Source of the DNA: an uncultured Chloroflexia bacterium
GTDB lineage: Bacteria > Chloroflexota > Limnocylindria > Limnocylindrales > CSP1-4
Direction of reading: 5' to 3'
NCBI GenBank assembly: GCA_963833225.1
Contig: CAWHXD010000007.1
Coordinates: 128,001 to 192,000 of the forward strand
Length of the DNA: 64,000 bases
The translations under genes were made by a program, and so were the position numbers. Below the pieces are notes generated by a model. That model saw nothing but the letters and a program-made list of their open reading frames with translations, did not search any database and had not been told where the DNA came from. Below, piece by piece: positions 1 through 12,961 of this stretch (the stretch's first letter is position 1; the number at the start of each line of letters is the position of its first letter).

Positions 1-1578
1 GGCATCGACATCCTCGTCGTGGGTGCCGGACCGGCGGGCCTTGCGGCGGCGCTGCGCGCCCGGCAGGCGGCGACGGCCGCCGGTCGTGAGGTCAGCGTCG
101 CCGTCATCGACAAGGCGCCGGCCGCGGGCAACCACACGCTCTCGGGCGCGGCCTTCGAGCCGGCCTGCCTCGACGATCTCGTCCCCGGCTGGCGGGAGAT
201 GCGCAACCCGTTCACCAGCAACCTGGTCCCCGTCGAGCAGGACGACATGTACTTCCTGCGAGCGAAGGCGGCGAACCGGATCCCGTCGTTCGTGGTGCCG
301 TCGCGGATGCACCACGGGGGCGACTTCATCATCTCGATCTCGCGGCTCACCGCGTTCCTCGCCGAGCAGGCGGAGGCGGCGGGTGTCGAGGTCTATCACG
401 GGTACAGCGCCCGCTCGCTGATCGTGGAGGACGGCGCGGTCCGGGGTGTCCGGCTGGCCGAGGTGGGTCTCGCGCACGATGGCTCGCCCAAGGGCAACCA
501 TCTGCCCGCCGAGGAGATCCGCGCGCCGATCACGATCCTCGCTGACGGCACCCACGGCGTGCTCTCGACCGAGTTCGCGGACCGCTTCGGGCACGGGCCG
601 AACCCGCAGGTGTTCTCGCTGGGGATGAAGGCGATCGTCCAGTTCCCGGAGGCCAGCCCGTTCGGCGCCAACCGGGTCATGCACACCCTGGGCTACCCGA
701 TGCCGCCCAGCGTGTTCGGCGGCGGCTTCCTGTACGCGATGGGCGAGAAGACCGTCGCGGTCGGCCTGATCCTGGGCTCGACTGGAAGTACGGCGACCTC
801 AACCCGCAGCGCGAGTTCGAGACGTTCCGGGCCCACCCGTTCATCAGCCGGCTGCTCGCGGGCGGCGTGACGGTCGCGACCGGCGCCAAGACGATCCCCG
901 AGGGCGGCCTGTACGCGCAGGGTGCCCTTGCCGCCCCCGGCGCCATGGTCGCGGGCGACGGCGCGGGCTTCGTCAACATGGAGAAGATCAAGGGCATCCA
1001 CTACGCGATCCGGTCCGGCATGGCGGCGGCCGACACGGCCGCTCGACGCCCTCGGGCGCCGACGGCGCGGTGGGGTCGCTCGACGGCTACCGCGACCGGC
1101 TCGAGGCGACGCGGGATGCTCGGCGAGTTCCGGCATGCGCGGAACTACCGCCAGGTGTTCAAGTTCGGGCTGTTCGGGGGCACGCCGCTGTCGCTGGTCC
1201 AGTCGAAGATCCCGGCGCCGGATCGGCCTCCACCGGGACGGCCAGGCGACGAAGAAGGGCGCCCGGCTCAACCGGCCGGATCCCGGGCGCATGGACGGCG
1301 CGACGTTCGTCGCCCTGACCGGGACCCTCCATCGCGAGGACGAGCCGTCGCACATCGCGATCACGGACCCGGCCAAGTGCGTGTCGTGCGAGGCGGACTA
1401 CGCCAACGCGTGCACCCACTTCTGCCCGGGGCAGGTCTACCGCTGGAGCGGGTCGGAGATCGTGCTCTCGCCGTCCAACTGCCTCCACTGCATGACCTGC
1501 ACGGTGAAGTGCCCGGAGGACGTGATCTCCTGGATCCCGCCCGAGGGTGGCGAAGGACCGCGCTACAAGCAGCTCTGA
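1..1578 (+). CDS. Electron transfer flavoprotein-quinone oxidoreductase (FixC/FixX-like fusion), 5' end outside the window, several frameshifts
   Basis: Frame 1 opens with GIDILVVGAGPAG (FAD-binding) and NHTLSGA. Later frames give AKTIPEGG and GDGAGFVNMEKIKGIHYA, then a C-terminal Fe-S part (CTHFCPGQVY...NCLHCMTC...CP...EGGEGPRY). Frame switches near 778, 1050-1120 and 1218 are probably sequencing indels. Confidence 0.88.
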
Positions 1579-1613
1579 GCGCGCCCGGGCCACCCCTCGG
1601 GGGAGCCCTCCGG

Positions 1614-1662
1614 GCACCGAGCTGCTCGGGCCGCGCACCGAGCTGCTCGGGCCGCGCACCGA
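1614..1662. repeat. 21-bp tandem repeat (2.3 copies) with an internal hairpin
   Basis: gcaccgagctgctcgggccgc at 1614 and 1635, partial copy at 1656. Each unit contains ccgagc-t-gctcgg. Lies between convergent genes. Confidence 0.85.
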
Positions 1663-1911
1663 TCCGCCCGGCGGCCCAACCATCCGCCCGGACCGACGTT
1701 TGCCGCGCCCAGCGGCGCGTTCGTCCGGTGGGCGGGTGTCCTGTGGAACGTTCGGACCGTCCGGCGGCGCGTTCGTCCGCCGCACCGGACGGTTGACCCG
1801 CCCGGCGACACCGCAGGGTCTGGCCATCCGGGGAGGGTGAGACGGCCGCCCGTCGCTGGCGGGGACGTGCTCGAGGCATTCGCGCCCGAGTGACCAGCTG
1901 GGAGGCCGCGG

Positions 1912-3252
1912 TCACGCGCCCGCGAGGAGCTCCCGGATCACCTGCTCGCGGATGTCGTACGAGCCCTCGCCGGCATCCGCGCGCCGGATCTGGCCCTGGC
2001 GATCGATGAAGAAGAACCCCGGCCAGTACTGGTTGCCATACGCGCGCCAGCTGGCGAACTCGGGATCGAACGCGACCGGGAAGCGCACGCCCTGGCGGTC
2101 GACGGCGTCGCGGACGTTGTCGAGATCCCGCTCGTAGGACAGCTCCGGCGTGTGGACCCCCAGCACGACCAGCCCCGCGTCGGCGTAGCGCTCGGCCCAG
2201 TCCTTGACGTACGGCTGCACGTGGACGCAGTTGATGCACCCGAACGTCCAGAAGTGGACGATGACGACCTTGCCGCGCAGCGAGGCGAGCGTCTGGGGCT
2301 CGGCGTTGATCCACGCGGTGATGCCCTTGAGCTCGGGCGCGGGACCGAGGTCGTCCAGGGCGACCGACGCCGGCAGCGAGTCGGCCAGGGGGCTGGGCAG
2401 GGGGCTGCCGTCCACGTTCAGGAGGGGCTCGGGCACCGGTGCGGCCGCGGAGGGCACCGGTTCCACGGCCGCGGCGGGGGCGACGCCGTCGATCGTCGCC
2501 CAACCGTCCGGGAGCAGTCCCGCGATCCGCGTCTGCAGGGGGAGATCGAGCCCCGTGGCGACCAGCAGGCCCGCGGCCACGGTGATCGCCCCGAAGGTCC
2601 GCACCAGCCGCTCACGGGCCAGCCCGGAGCCCAGCCTCGCGACCGCCCGTCGGCCACCGAACGCGATGGCGGCCAGCGGGATGGCCGCACCGGTCACGTA
2701 GGCGAGGGTCACCACCAGCAGGTCGGGTGACGGCCCCTGGGTGACGGCCGTCGCGATCACGGCCGCCATGATCGGGCCCACGCAGGGCGACCAGATCAGG
2801 CCGATCAGCGCCCCGAGCGCGAGGCCGCCGGCCAGGCCCGAGCTCGCTCCAGGATCATTGGCCGGGGTGGCGTCGTTGGCCGCCTGCCGCAGGGGAGTGC
2901 CGGCGATGCGCGTCGTCGTCCGCGCGATCCACGCTGATCGGCGTTCCACGACCCGACCCAGCGCAGGAATGAACAGCGTGGCCCCAAACGCCACCAGGAG
3001 CACTGCCGACGCGACGCGGAGCTGGGCCGTCGTCACGCCCGCGGCCGCCAGTGTCGACGCGAGCAGGACGGTCGTGACCAGGAATGCGCCGCCGAAGCCC
3101 AGGATCAACCCGGTCACGCGCCGGCCGGCGCCCCCGGGGGCTCCGTTCGGGCCCACGGTGGAGCCCACGAGGAGGGGGACCACCGGCAGGACGCACGGGC
3201 TGATCACCGTCAGCAGGCCGCCCGCGAAGGCGAACAGGATCGTCGTCAGCAT
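1912..3252 (-). CDS. dipZ: DipZ-like protein (CcdA/DsbD membrane domain plus thioredoxin-like domain)
   Basis: SPCVLP and WSPCVGP in the membrane part; HFWTFGCINC, GVHTPE and NQYWP in the redoxin domain. Confidence 0.88.
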   Translation of the reverse strand: MLTTILFAFAGGLLTVISPCVLPVVPLLVGSTVGPNGAPGGAGRRVTGLILGFGGAFLVTTVLLASTLAAAGVTTAQLRVASAVLLVAFGATLFIPALGRVVERRSAWIARTTTRIAGTPLRQAANDATPANDPGASSGLAGGLALGALIGLIWSPCVGPIMAAVIATAVTQGPSPDLLVVTLAYVTGAAIPLAAIAFGGRRAVARLGSGLARERLVRTFGAITVAAGLLVATGLDLPLQTRIAGLLPDGWATIDGVAPAAAVEPVPSAAAPVPEPLLNVDGSPLPSPLADSLPASVALDDLGPAPELKGITAWINAEPQTLASLRGKVVIVHFWTFGCINCVHVQPYVKDWAERYADAGLVVLGVHTPELSYERDLDNVRDAVDRQGVRFPVAFDPEFASWRAYGNQYWPGFFFIDRQGQIRRADAGEGSYDIREQVIRELLAGA

Positions 3253-3655
3253 GGGCGAAGCCTCGGCCTCGCCCGTGACGGCATGATGACGCCCGTTCCG
3301 TCGACGGGTCGGGTCCGGCCACCGCCGCCCGGTCGAGCCTGCTCGATGCCACGGGCCCGGACACCGGCGCGGTCGTCATCGACGGCGAGCGGATCGCTAC
3401 CACCCGCGCATCCGTTCTTCAGCCTCGGAGCTGGGCTTCGTGGCCGCGGCCGCTCATCGTCATCGGGGCCGCCTGCAGCGTCACTCGCTCCTGAGAGACG
3501 GGCCGCGGTTCACGACACCGGGGGTCATCGGCAAATGGGACGAGGCAGTCTCGTTGATGTTCACGAAGTGGTCCCGTGTACACTCACGATACGGTCCTGC
3601 TTATGGCGGGCCCGGGCACCATCGACGTCGGCCGATCAAGGAGCGAACCGGGCGA

Positions 3656-4890
3656 ATGCGACCGTACCGGCGGCGTGTCGTCGATCGGGAGCTTGAGAGC
3701 TGATGACGGATATGCCGCCATCGCGCTCGAGGGTCCGCGGGGCACCGGCAAGACCAGGACGGCGAGCGAGCGCGCAGCGACGTGTTAGACCTCGCAGACA
3801 GGGCGACGCACGTCGCGTAGAGGCGGACCCGCGATAGTGCTCGCGGCCGTATCGGTGCTCGTGGACGAAGTGGCAGCTGGTGCGAGACACCTGGGACGTC
3901 ATCGCAAGGCAGTGGACAAGGGAGCGGCGCAGGGAGCTTACTGCTCACGGGTACGCGCTCCCTTCCACAAGGCGCAGCGGGCACATCGGGCACGGGCGGA
4001 TACTCACGCTGCGGATGCGGCAGATGACCTGCACGAGCAGGGGGATAGAGCTAAAGACGGTGAGTCTACGCACGCTACTGTACGGGGCAAGGCAAGCTCT
4101 GGCGGGCGAGACGGCGGTGCGCCCGGTGACTACGCGGCGGATGACATCGCCTCCGGGCTCCCCGGGCCTTGGCGAGCTGCGCCAGGACGGCTAGGGCTCA
4201 GCTCGACTCCCATCTCGAGCGGATCATCGAGCGATACAACGAGCTGGCGGCGAACGGCTTCGGAACCCTGTCGCGCTGGCGCTGGCTCGTGTACGCGGCG
4301 GCGCTCTCGTAGACGCGTCGCTAGAGACCATCGGGACGCCGCGGCAGGGGCGGCAGGCGAGATAAGGGCAAGTAGACAGTGCAGCGCTACTAGATGCTAG
4401 AACGCCTGTGGCTGGTGGAGCGAGTGCAGGCTGGGTGCAGGCGCGTACAGGGCTCGCCGCCTGACCGCGGCGCCAAGCACCAGCTGGCAGACAGGCGTTC
4501 GCGGCAGGCTGCTAGGCGTAGGCGCGGCGCGCTAGTGGCCGCAGACGCCAGGCCGCTGGGATCAGGCACCCGATCTACTGCTGGGCGCTTGTTGGAGTAG
4601 CTGGCGACGCTGAGCGTCAGGGTTTCGCCAGGCGGCAGAGGCACGCGTCTTCCATTACGGACACACGCGGGGAACGGGAAGTGGACATCATCGTCGAGCG
4701 AGACGACCACCGTTCGTCGCGATAGAAGTGCGTCGAGCCGCGCTGGCAGAAGACGATGCGCGCCATCTACGGCGGCTGCGCGCAGACGCAGGCGACGCGA
4801 TGCTAGACGCCATAGTACTCTAGGCGGGGCACATGGCCTACAGTAGCGAGGATGGGATAGGCGTCATAGCGCTGGCCTGCTAGACGAACT
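3656..4890 (+). pseudogene. AAA ATPase with C-terminal DUF4143-type domain, heavily disrupted (decay or poor sequence quality)
   Basis: Fragments across frames: MRPYRRRVVDREL, Walker A IALEGPRGTGKT, Walker B VLVDEWQLV, GRILTLRMR, REVDIIVERDD and DGIGVIALA. Confidence 0.75.
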
Positions 4891-4894
4891 GATA

Positions 4895-6478
4895 CGCAGA
4901 CCGCCTGACCGCCATCGCCCCAGGCATAGGGGGCAGGAGTAACGTTCACGCTAGACGCCTGGGGCGGTACGAGACAGGGTCTCATCCGACGGCGGCACCG
5001 ACGCCTATTGCTACGACGGGCACAAGCGAGAAGGTGGTCCGGATCGCCAACAGCATCACGGTGGCATCACCGACAACTCGATCGTGGATGCCGCGGGCGA
5101 CCGGCTGGGGGTCAAGGCAGGCAGGCATCGTCAACTGGCTGCTGCCCGACCTCGATGGCGACGATCGCGGGGCTCGCTTACGGCGGCGGCCACCCTCGCT
5201 CACCGACGCCATCCGCTACGACGGCTACGGCGGAGACCGTGGACACCGATCAGCCGGGCTGCGATCGGGTGGGCTACTGGAAGTACCAGGGCAGGCTTGA
5301 CATCAGCCCCAGCGGGCACCGCGGTGTACGACATGAGCGTCCGCTTCTACGCACCCGGGGATGGGTGCCTTCACGCAAGCTGACACGTAGGCGGCGACGG
5401 TCGCCAAACCCGCGCTCGATGAACCGGTTCCTGTAGCCGAGGGGAACCCGGCCACGCTGGTCGATCCCGACCGGGCACAAGCGATCGATCTGGCTACCTC
5501 GAGTCAAGTACGCCAGGCCAGCCAGCGTGCCACCAGGCGCTCGACCCGGGGCCGCCACCAAGCCCACCAGCAACGCCACATTGTCGGCGTCCACGGCGCT
5601 CCGCGGGTCAACTCGAGCACCGGGAGGCCGCGCTCCGCGGGCGGCTCCGCCGGGGCGGTGGCAGCGCCCGGGGGCCTGTCGAACCCGACCGCCTGCTTCG
5701 CGGCCATGCAGGCCGGGATCAGGTGCCTGGACAGATCTCCGAGCAGACGTACACCGACGCCGCGCGGTTCGCCGACGGGACCCTCACCGGGTTCTGGAAC
5801 AGCACCGGGGGCGCGCTGGTCGGGATGGCGAGCCAGCCGGGCGAGACTGCCCTCGGGCTGCTGTGGCTGGCCGCGGGTAGCTTCACCGACGGGTTCATCG
5901 GGACCGATCCCCGGGCCGCTGGCCAGGCCCTGGCGGCGGACCTCATCGCCAAGGCATCGAGCGCTGACCCGCGCGACCACGGCCTCCTGTTCGGGGAGGC
6001 GCTCGGCACGGTCGCGACCATTGCGGTCGGCGGCGAGCTGAGCGGCATCACCAAGGCCACGGAGCCTGTGACGTGGGCCTCCCGCGCCGGCGGGGCTGGC
6101 GTGGCGGCTACAGCCGCTCGAACCGCGGCGTCCGATGGGTTGGGTTTCGCGACGCGGCCCTTCGGTCTGACCGACATCCCGTTCGGGCCCGTGCCGCAGA
6201 ACGCCTCTGATACGCTCGCGACCATCCAGCAGACCGGAAGGGCACCGCAAGGCTTCCGTGGTGGCGGACCCGTCCGCAACGACCCCGGCCGGGGGCAGCT
6301 GCTTCCTCAGGCAACCGCGGATGGGACGCCGATCGCCTATCAGGAGTGGGATGTGAACCCCTTCGTATCGAATGCGCTGCGCGGGCAGGAGCGGATCGTC
6401 ACTGGCAGCGACAGCCGCGTGTACTACACCTCCACTGACTATGAGAACTTCATCCAGTTCTGGGGGCCCGGCCAGTGA
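4895..6478 (+). CDS. Rhs cassette 1: 5'-truncated Rhs core extension plus C-terminal barnase/RNase Sa-like ribonuclease toxin (frameshifted upstream of 5723)
   Basis: DNA at 4895-5480 is homologous to 7855-8425 (AIRYDGYG, YQGRLDISP, YDMS.RFYAPG, SMNRFL, DPTGH). The C-terminus has YQEWDVNP...RGQERIVTGSD..VYYT..DY..F, the microbial RNase pattern. Confidence 0.82.
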
Positions 6479-7044
6479 CCCTGTTCGACCGCCTGAGCCG
6501 CGTCGAGTTGACGCCGCTGCTTCTCGTGCAGGCGGACGAGGCGTTCCTCGCGGCCGCCGTGGCGAGATGGGAGGAGGCGGGGCTCGTCGCGCGTTTCGTG
6601 CGTGGCTGGAGGATGCGCACCGTCGACGACCTCTTTGACGAGGTTGGCGCGGCCCTCCAGTTCATGCCCCGGTTCGGCCGGAACTGGAACGCGTTCGATG
6701 AGTGCCTCGCCGAGATGGACCCCCGCCCTCGGCTTGGCGGGGTTGCCCTCGCTGTGCTGGACGCGCCCGAGATGCTCGCGGAAGAGGACGCGACCCAGCT
6801 CTCGGCGTTCCTCCGCGCCGTGGCGCGCGCGCGTGACGCCTACGCGCAGCCGATCGCCCGCGGCGAGTGGTGGGACCGCCCGCCTGTCCCGTTCCACGTC
6901 GTCCTCGGGTGTGGCGAGGAACAGCAAGCGGACCTCGTCGCCAGATCGGCGGCTGCCGGGGCCGTCGGCCTCATCGAGGAGGCGGAGTTGGAGCCAGGCC
7001 TGGTCCTAGCCCCGCCCAGCGGAGCGGACGCCCATAGTCCATAG
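6475..7044 (+). CDS. Barstar-family immunity protein
   Basis: RGWRMRTVDDLFDEVGAALQFMPRFGRNWNAFDECLAEM matches the barstar F-P-x-F-G-x-N-W-x-A-x-x-D/E-C-L pattern. The start overlaps the toxin stop (GTGA). Confidence 0.88.
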   Translation: MTLFDRLSRVELTPLLLVQADEAFLAAAVARWEEAGLVARFVRGWRMRTVDDLFDEVGAALQFMPRFGRNWNAFDECLAEMDPRPRLGGVALAVLDAPEMLAEEDATQLSAFLRAVARARDAYAQPIARGEWWDRPPVPFHVVLGCGEEQQADLVARSAAAGAVGLIEEAELEPGLVLAPPSGADAHSP

Positions 7045-7101
7045 GCCGTCAACCAACCGCGCTGCGGCGGTCGGCGAGTCGTTGAGCCGACCATCGGCCG
7101 T

Positions 7102-7718
<617 letters not shown>

Positions 7719-9316
7719 CTACGACCGGGTCGACCAGCTGGCCACGGTCATCAAGACCAACGGAAGCATCAGGACCTTCACCTCGGACGCCTACAGCAAC
7801 CTGACGGGCGACGCCCAGAGCGCGGTCGACGTCACGACCTACGCCGACGATCTCGCCGACCGGCTGACCGCCATCACGCCGGCCTCGGGTCCCTCGGCCA
7901 CGTTCACCTTCGACGCCCTGGGGCGCTTCCGGACCCGGGTCCTCTCGGCGGGCGGCACCGACACCTACTGGTACCAGTGGCACCTGCGAGCAGGTCGTCC
8001 GGATCGCCAACTCCGGTGGCACCACGACCGACTCGATCATCGATGCCGCCGGCAACCGGCTCGGGGTCAAGGCCGCTGGCACCGTCAACTGGCTCGTCCC
8101 CGACCTTCACGGCTCGGTCGCGGGCAGCCTCTCGGTCGCGGCCACCTCGCTCACCGGGGCCATCCGGTATGACGGCTATGGCCAGACCGTCGACAGCGAC
8201 CAGCCGGGCTCGACAGGCTCGGGCTACTTCGGCTACCAGGGCCGGCTCGACATCAGCCCGGGCGACACCGCGCTCTACGACATGAGCGCCCGCTTCTACG
8301 CCCCGGGCCTGGGCACCTTCACGCAGCTCGACTCCTACGGCGGTTCGGTCGCCAACCCGGCGTCGATGAACCGGTTCCTCTATGCCCAGGGCAACCCGGC
8401 CACCTTCACCGATCCGACCGGGCACTGCCCTGAGAGCTACCTCTTCAACGGGGACTACGCCGGCTGCCAGGGTGGAATGCGCAGTACATGATGGCTGCGG
8501 GGGGACACGCGGTCACAACCTTCGCCGGCAACACCGTCAACCTTGCAGGGAGCGTAAAGGACGCGTCCCTCTGCGTGGTCAACCCATGGTGCTGGGGGAA
8601 CATCGCGGACGACGCTCGCACTGCCATCGACGCGGCGCAGGCGATCGCCCAGGACCCGAGGATGCAGCGAAGGGCATGGCGCGCGGAGCCGCAGATTGGA
8701 TCGGGAACGAGCGGGCCAAGCTAACGGACGAAGACCCGTGGGTCTCAGGAGGTGCCGCGGGTGACATCATAGGCAATGTCGAGTCTTGGGTCTCGGCGCG
8801 AAGGCGGGCAAGTGGGCGGATCTCAAGCCGGTCAAGGCACTCAAGATGACGAAGCCCGCGATGGGCGCGGCCGCCAGTGGTCTCTGGAAGGCCGGCGCGG
8901 CCGTGGTCGGCCTCGCACGCAAGGCCATCGAGACGGTACCGTCCCTCCTGCGAGAGGTGCCACATGCCATCAAGAACCTGCCGACAACCCTCAAGGCACT
9001 CCCGGCCGCGATCGATCGTGGAGTGAGGATGGCCGCGTAGAAGGTCACAGCCGGGATCGCGTTCGCTGCCAACACGATCAAGCAGACAGCTCAGGCCGTA
9101 TCGCAGCATCGAGGCATGGGGAACCGGACCGATTGGATTTGCGTTGGTCCGGTAAAGGACATCCCGACCTGGGTGACCGGGCTCGCGTCTCCAGTCACAG
9201 TACGGTGGGGTATCAAGCTCGGGGGACCCAACTATTGGGGTGGGCTGTCGCTACCCTTCCACCTTCACATCCATGAGTACAACTGGTGGAACCCGTTCCG
9301 ATGGCGGCAGAAGTGA
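7719..9316 (+). CDS. Rhs cassette 2: Rhs repeat-associated core plus variable C-terminal toxin of unknown family (frameshifted; 5' end hidden by the poly-T)
   Basis: YD-type repeats (YDRVDQL, DLADRLTAI, FTFDALGR), DLHGSV, RYDGYG, and LYDMSARFYAPGLGTFTQLD...NRFLYAQGNPATFTDPTGH (8411-8425). These are followed by a helical linker and a tip ending PFHLHIHEYNWWNPFRWRQK. Confidence 0.85.
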
Positions 9317-9666
9317 TGGATGGCGATCTGTACTATCGGAAGCGGGACATCAGCGATGAGCCCGGACCGCGGAATTGCGTGACGGTCTGGGTTGAGGTGG
9401 GGGCGGATGGCTGGCGCCGGCGGGAGGTCGGCTTCGACCCAAGCGGCCTCGTTGTCCATCGGTTCCCCGACCTCGACTATCCCGAAGGGCGTTACGGGAT
9501 CTTCGACTCGTATCCAATGGAGCGGAACTACGGAGAGGCAATCTCGGCCGCTGAGTTCGAGACGGCGTGGGAGGCTGACGCGACAGCGCCTGAGCGCTGG
9601 TCGCTGCCTGCTGCGTGGCGACGGATCGTCGCGAAGTTGCGGCGCCGAGCGCGAGGAAGCCCATAG
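9316..9666 (+). CDS. Putative cognate immunity protein of Rhs cassette 2
   Basis: The ATG overlaps the toxin stop (TGATG, 9314-9318). Small protein MDGDLYYRKRD...WVEVGADGWRRREVGFD; family not recognised. Confidence 0.6.
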   Translation: MDGDLYYRKRDISDEPGPRNCVTVWVEVGADGWRRREVGFDPSGLVVHRFPDLDYPEGRYGIFDSYPMERNYGEAISAAEFETAWEADATAPERWSLPAAWRRIVAKLRRRARGSP

Positions 9667-10075
9667 TGGCTCAACCCTGGAAGTTGGGACCGCGCTCGGT
9701 GCTCTCGCCGGCGCCCTGGCGCCGACGCCAAGTCCACCACCGGGCGGCACGGCGTACACGTGCGACCTCGCCGTCGCGACGTCGTCGTGCAGCATCTGGT
9801 TTCTGCTCCTGCGGATCGGCTGAGGCCGACCTTCGGGACTTCACGGGACCAGTTGGCCGATGGGCAGGTTCGGGGTCGGCATGGTGATCGCCGTCGGCGC
9901 GGCTGAGGTCTCGGGGGTCGGGCTCTCGATCACGATCCCGGGCAGCGGCTCGGGGTCGGGCTCTCGATCTCGGCCGCATCGAGGTGCCCGGCCAGCCAGG
10001 CGTCGTAGCCGCGGACCAGGGATCTACTGACGACATCATCAACGACACCTACAGACTGGGACGAGATCGACTTCG

Positions 10076-10519
10076 ATGACACCCGCCGAGATCGTCCATC
10101 GATTTGCGACACTGACAGGGACCTGCCTCGACCACCTGCTGAGCGAGTACAAGGGGCTGGAGAGGAGGTCCATCATGGAACGCGCCGTGCTGGTACCCCG
10201 CGTCGGGTCGGCAGGTTTGTCGGATGGCCAGATCGGGTCACTCGGGCGATTCCTCCTGCACGGAACTGGATGCAGGTTCGAGTTGGACTCCGGCGAGGTT
10301 CTCGACGTCGACTGGAACGTGGATGGCACGGCGGAGTTCGATACTTGGCGGATGCTGATGTTCGCGAAGTCCATGGGAGAGGAAACGGTTGACCTGGAAT
10401 CGCTGCGGCTGGCTGCCGATGCCGATCCGCTCCTGCGGCGGACCCGAGATGGCTGGTTCACCTGGGTAGATCGGAGGTACGACCTGCATCGAGGCCGCAC
10501 TGGTCATTCGGAGCTGTGA
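10076..10519 (+). CDS. Hypothetical protein, DUF6896-like (possible orphan immunity protein)
   Basis: Motif LHGTGCRFE...LDVDW...G..EFDTWR recalled from DUF6896-type proteins; lower GC than flanking core genes; same strand as the Rhs cassettes. Confidence 0.55.
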   Translation: MTPAEIVHRFATLTGTCLDHLLSEYKGLERRSIMERAVLVPRVGSAGLSDGQIGSLGRFLLHGTGCRFELDSGEVLDVDWNVDGTAEFDTWRMLMFAKSMGEETVDLESLRLAADADPLLRRTRDGWFTWVDRRYDLHRGRTGHSEL

Positions 10520-10596
10520 GCATCAGCGTCGTCGACGAGTTCCCGGACCTGTGGGAGCTCAGCGTGTTGGCCGGGTTCGCGCCCGCGAGGGTCCGG

Positions 10597-11082
10597 CTAG
10601 TGGGTGACCGCGTCGAGGTCTACGACCGCCCCAGTGCGCTGCTGGGCACGGCCCGCTCGCCGCTCGCGCCGCCGGAGTGAGCCCGGGGCGGCGGAGAGCC
10701 GCCTACCCGGTCCGGCGAAGACCCGCGTGCCATCGTCGTTGCGGAGCCTCGCGATGAGTTGCGCCTCGAGCCACTCGAGCGCCGCCGGAACGTCGTACGC
10801 GATGCCCTCCCGCAGCATCGGCCGGACCTCCTCGAACACGCCGCGACCAGCCTTGGCGACGGCCTTGGCCCGCAGCTCCGGTGCCGAGTCGGGCGCTCCG
10901 CCACCCCGCTCCATGTAAACGCCGTACACGCGGACGACCTCCGCCGGGTCGACGTCGGCGCGCTGCCCCGCCCACCACAGATCGAACAGGTCCCGCCCCT
11001 TGTCGCGCTGCGCGAACGCCCGCAGCTTGGTCGCCAGCAGCTCGTCGAGCGGGTGCGTGGGGACCTCCAGCTTGGCGCTCAC
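10597..11082 (-). pseudogene. C-terminal fragment of an AbiEii/AbiGii nucleotidyltransferase toxin
   Basis: LDELLATKLRAFAQRDKGRDLFDLW fits the AbiEii K-L-x-A...R...RD-x-F/Y-D motif. The N-terminal GGT...S-x-D-x-D catalytic region is missing. Confidence 0.7.
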
Positions 11083-11142
11083 AACCGGGCCGGCGACCGC
11101 GTGCGGGCACCAGGTGTCGGGAGATCTTGGAGACTGTTCAGC

Positions 11143-11498
11143 CTAGCCCGATCGATCCCCTCGACCGCCCAGCAGCTCGGCGAGCCTCGCGCTCACGAGG
11201 TCTGCATCGGCCGGCGACAGCCTGCCGATCGCTCCCCGCACCAGGCGATGGTCCAGGGTGAACAGCTTGAAGCGCACCTTGGATGCGGCGGGGAGACCGG
11301 CGGCCGCAAGGTCAGCGAGCGTGCAGTCCAGCGGCCAGGGCGGGTTGTCTTCCGAGGTGATCATCGCCATGACCGAGTGGCCGGCTGGCGTGTTGAACGC
11401 AGCGGGATCGAGATCACCAGCGCGGGGCGGTTCTTCGTGGCGGTGCGGTCCGTGAAGGGGAAGGGGACGCGCACGACCGTGTACCGGTCAAAGGTCAC
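11143..11498 (-). CDS. PemK/MazF-family toxin (one frameshift near 11410)
   Basis: MTFDRYTVVRVPFPFTDRTATKNRPALVIS, then after a frame switch AFNTPAGHSVMAMITS...AGLPAASKVRFKLFTLD. Confidence 0.85.
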
Positions 11499-11717
11499 GG
11501 TAGGCCTCATCGTCGGCGGCGCCCGCCCATTCGCTCAGGGTGGCTTCGATCGCGCGCAGATACTCGATGTCCAGCGGCTGCACCCGGCGGACGGTGGCTG
11601 TGCCGTCGTCAGCCACCTCCCAGGCGATCAGGTCACCGGGGCCGACGTGCAGGGCGGCGCGAACCCCCTGGGGATGGTGGTCTGGCCCTTGGCCGTGATC
11701 TTGGCGACCGCAACCAT
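11488..11717 (-). CDS. AbrB/MazE-family antitoxin (one frameshift near 11670)
   Basis: MVAVAKITAKGQTTIP, then VRAALHVGPGDLIAWEV...LSEWAGAADDEAYRDL. Overlaps the toxin start. Confidence 0.85.
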
Positions 11718-11800
11718 GCTGTTCCTCTTGTAGGGCAGTCCTTACGTCCTTACCATACTGCACGCATTGCGCTCGGACAACGGCAGGCGCGCCACCCGAG

Positions 11801-12961
<1,161 letters not shown>

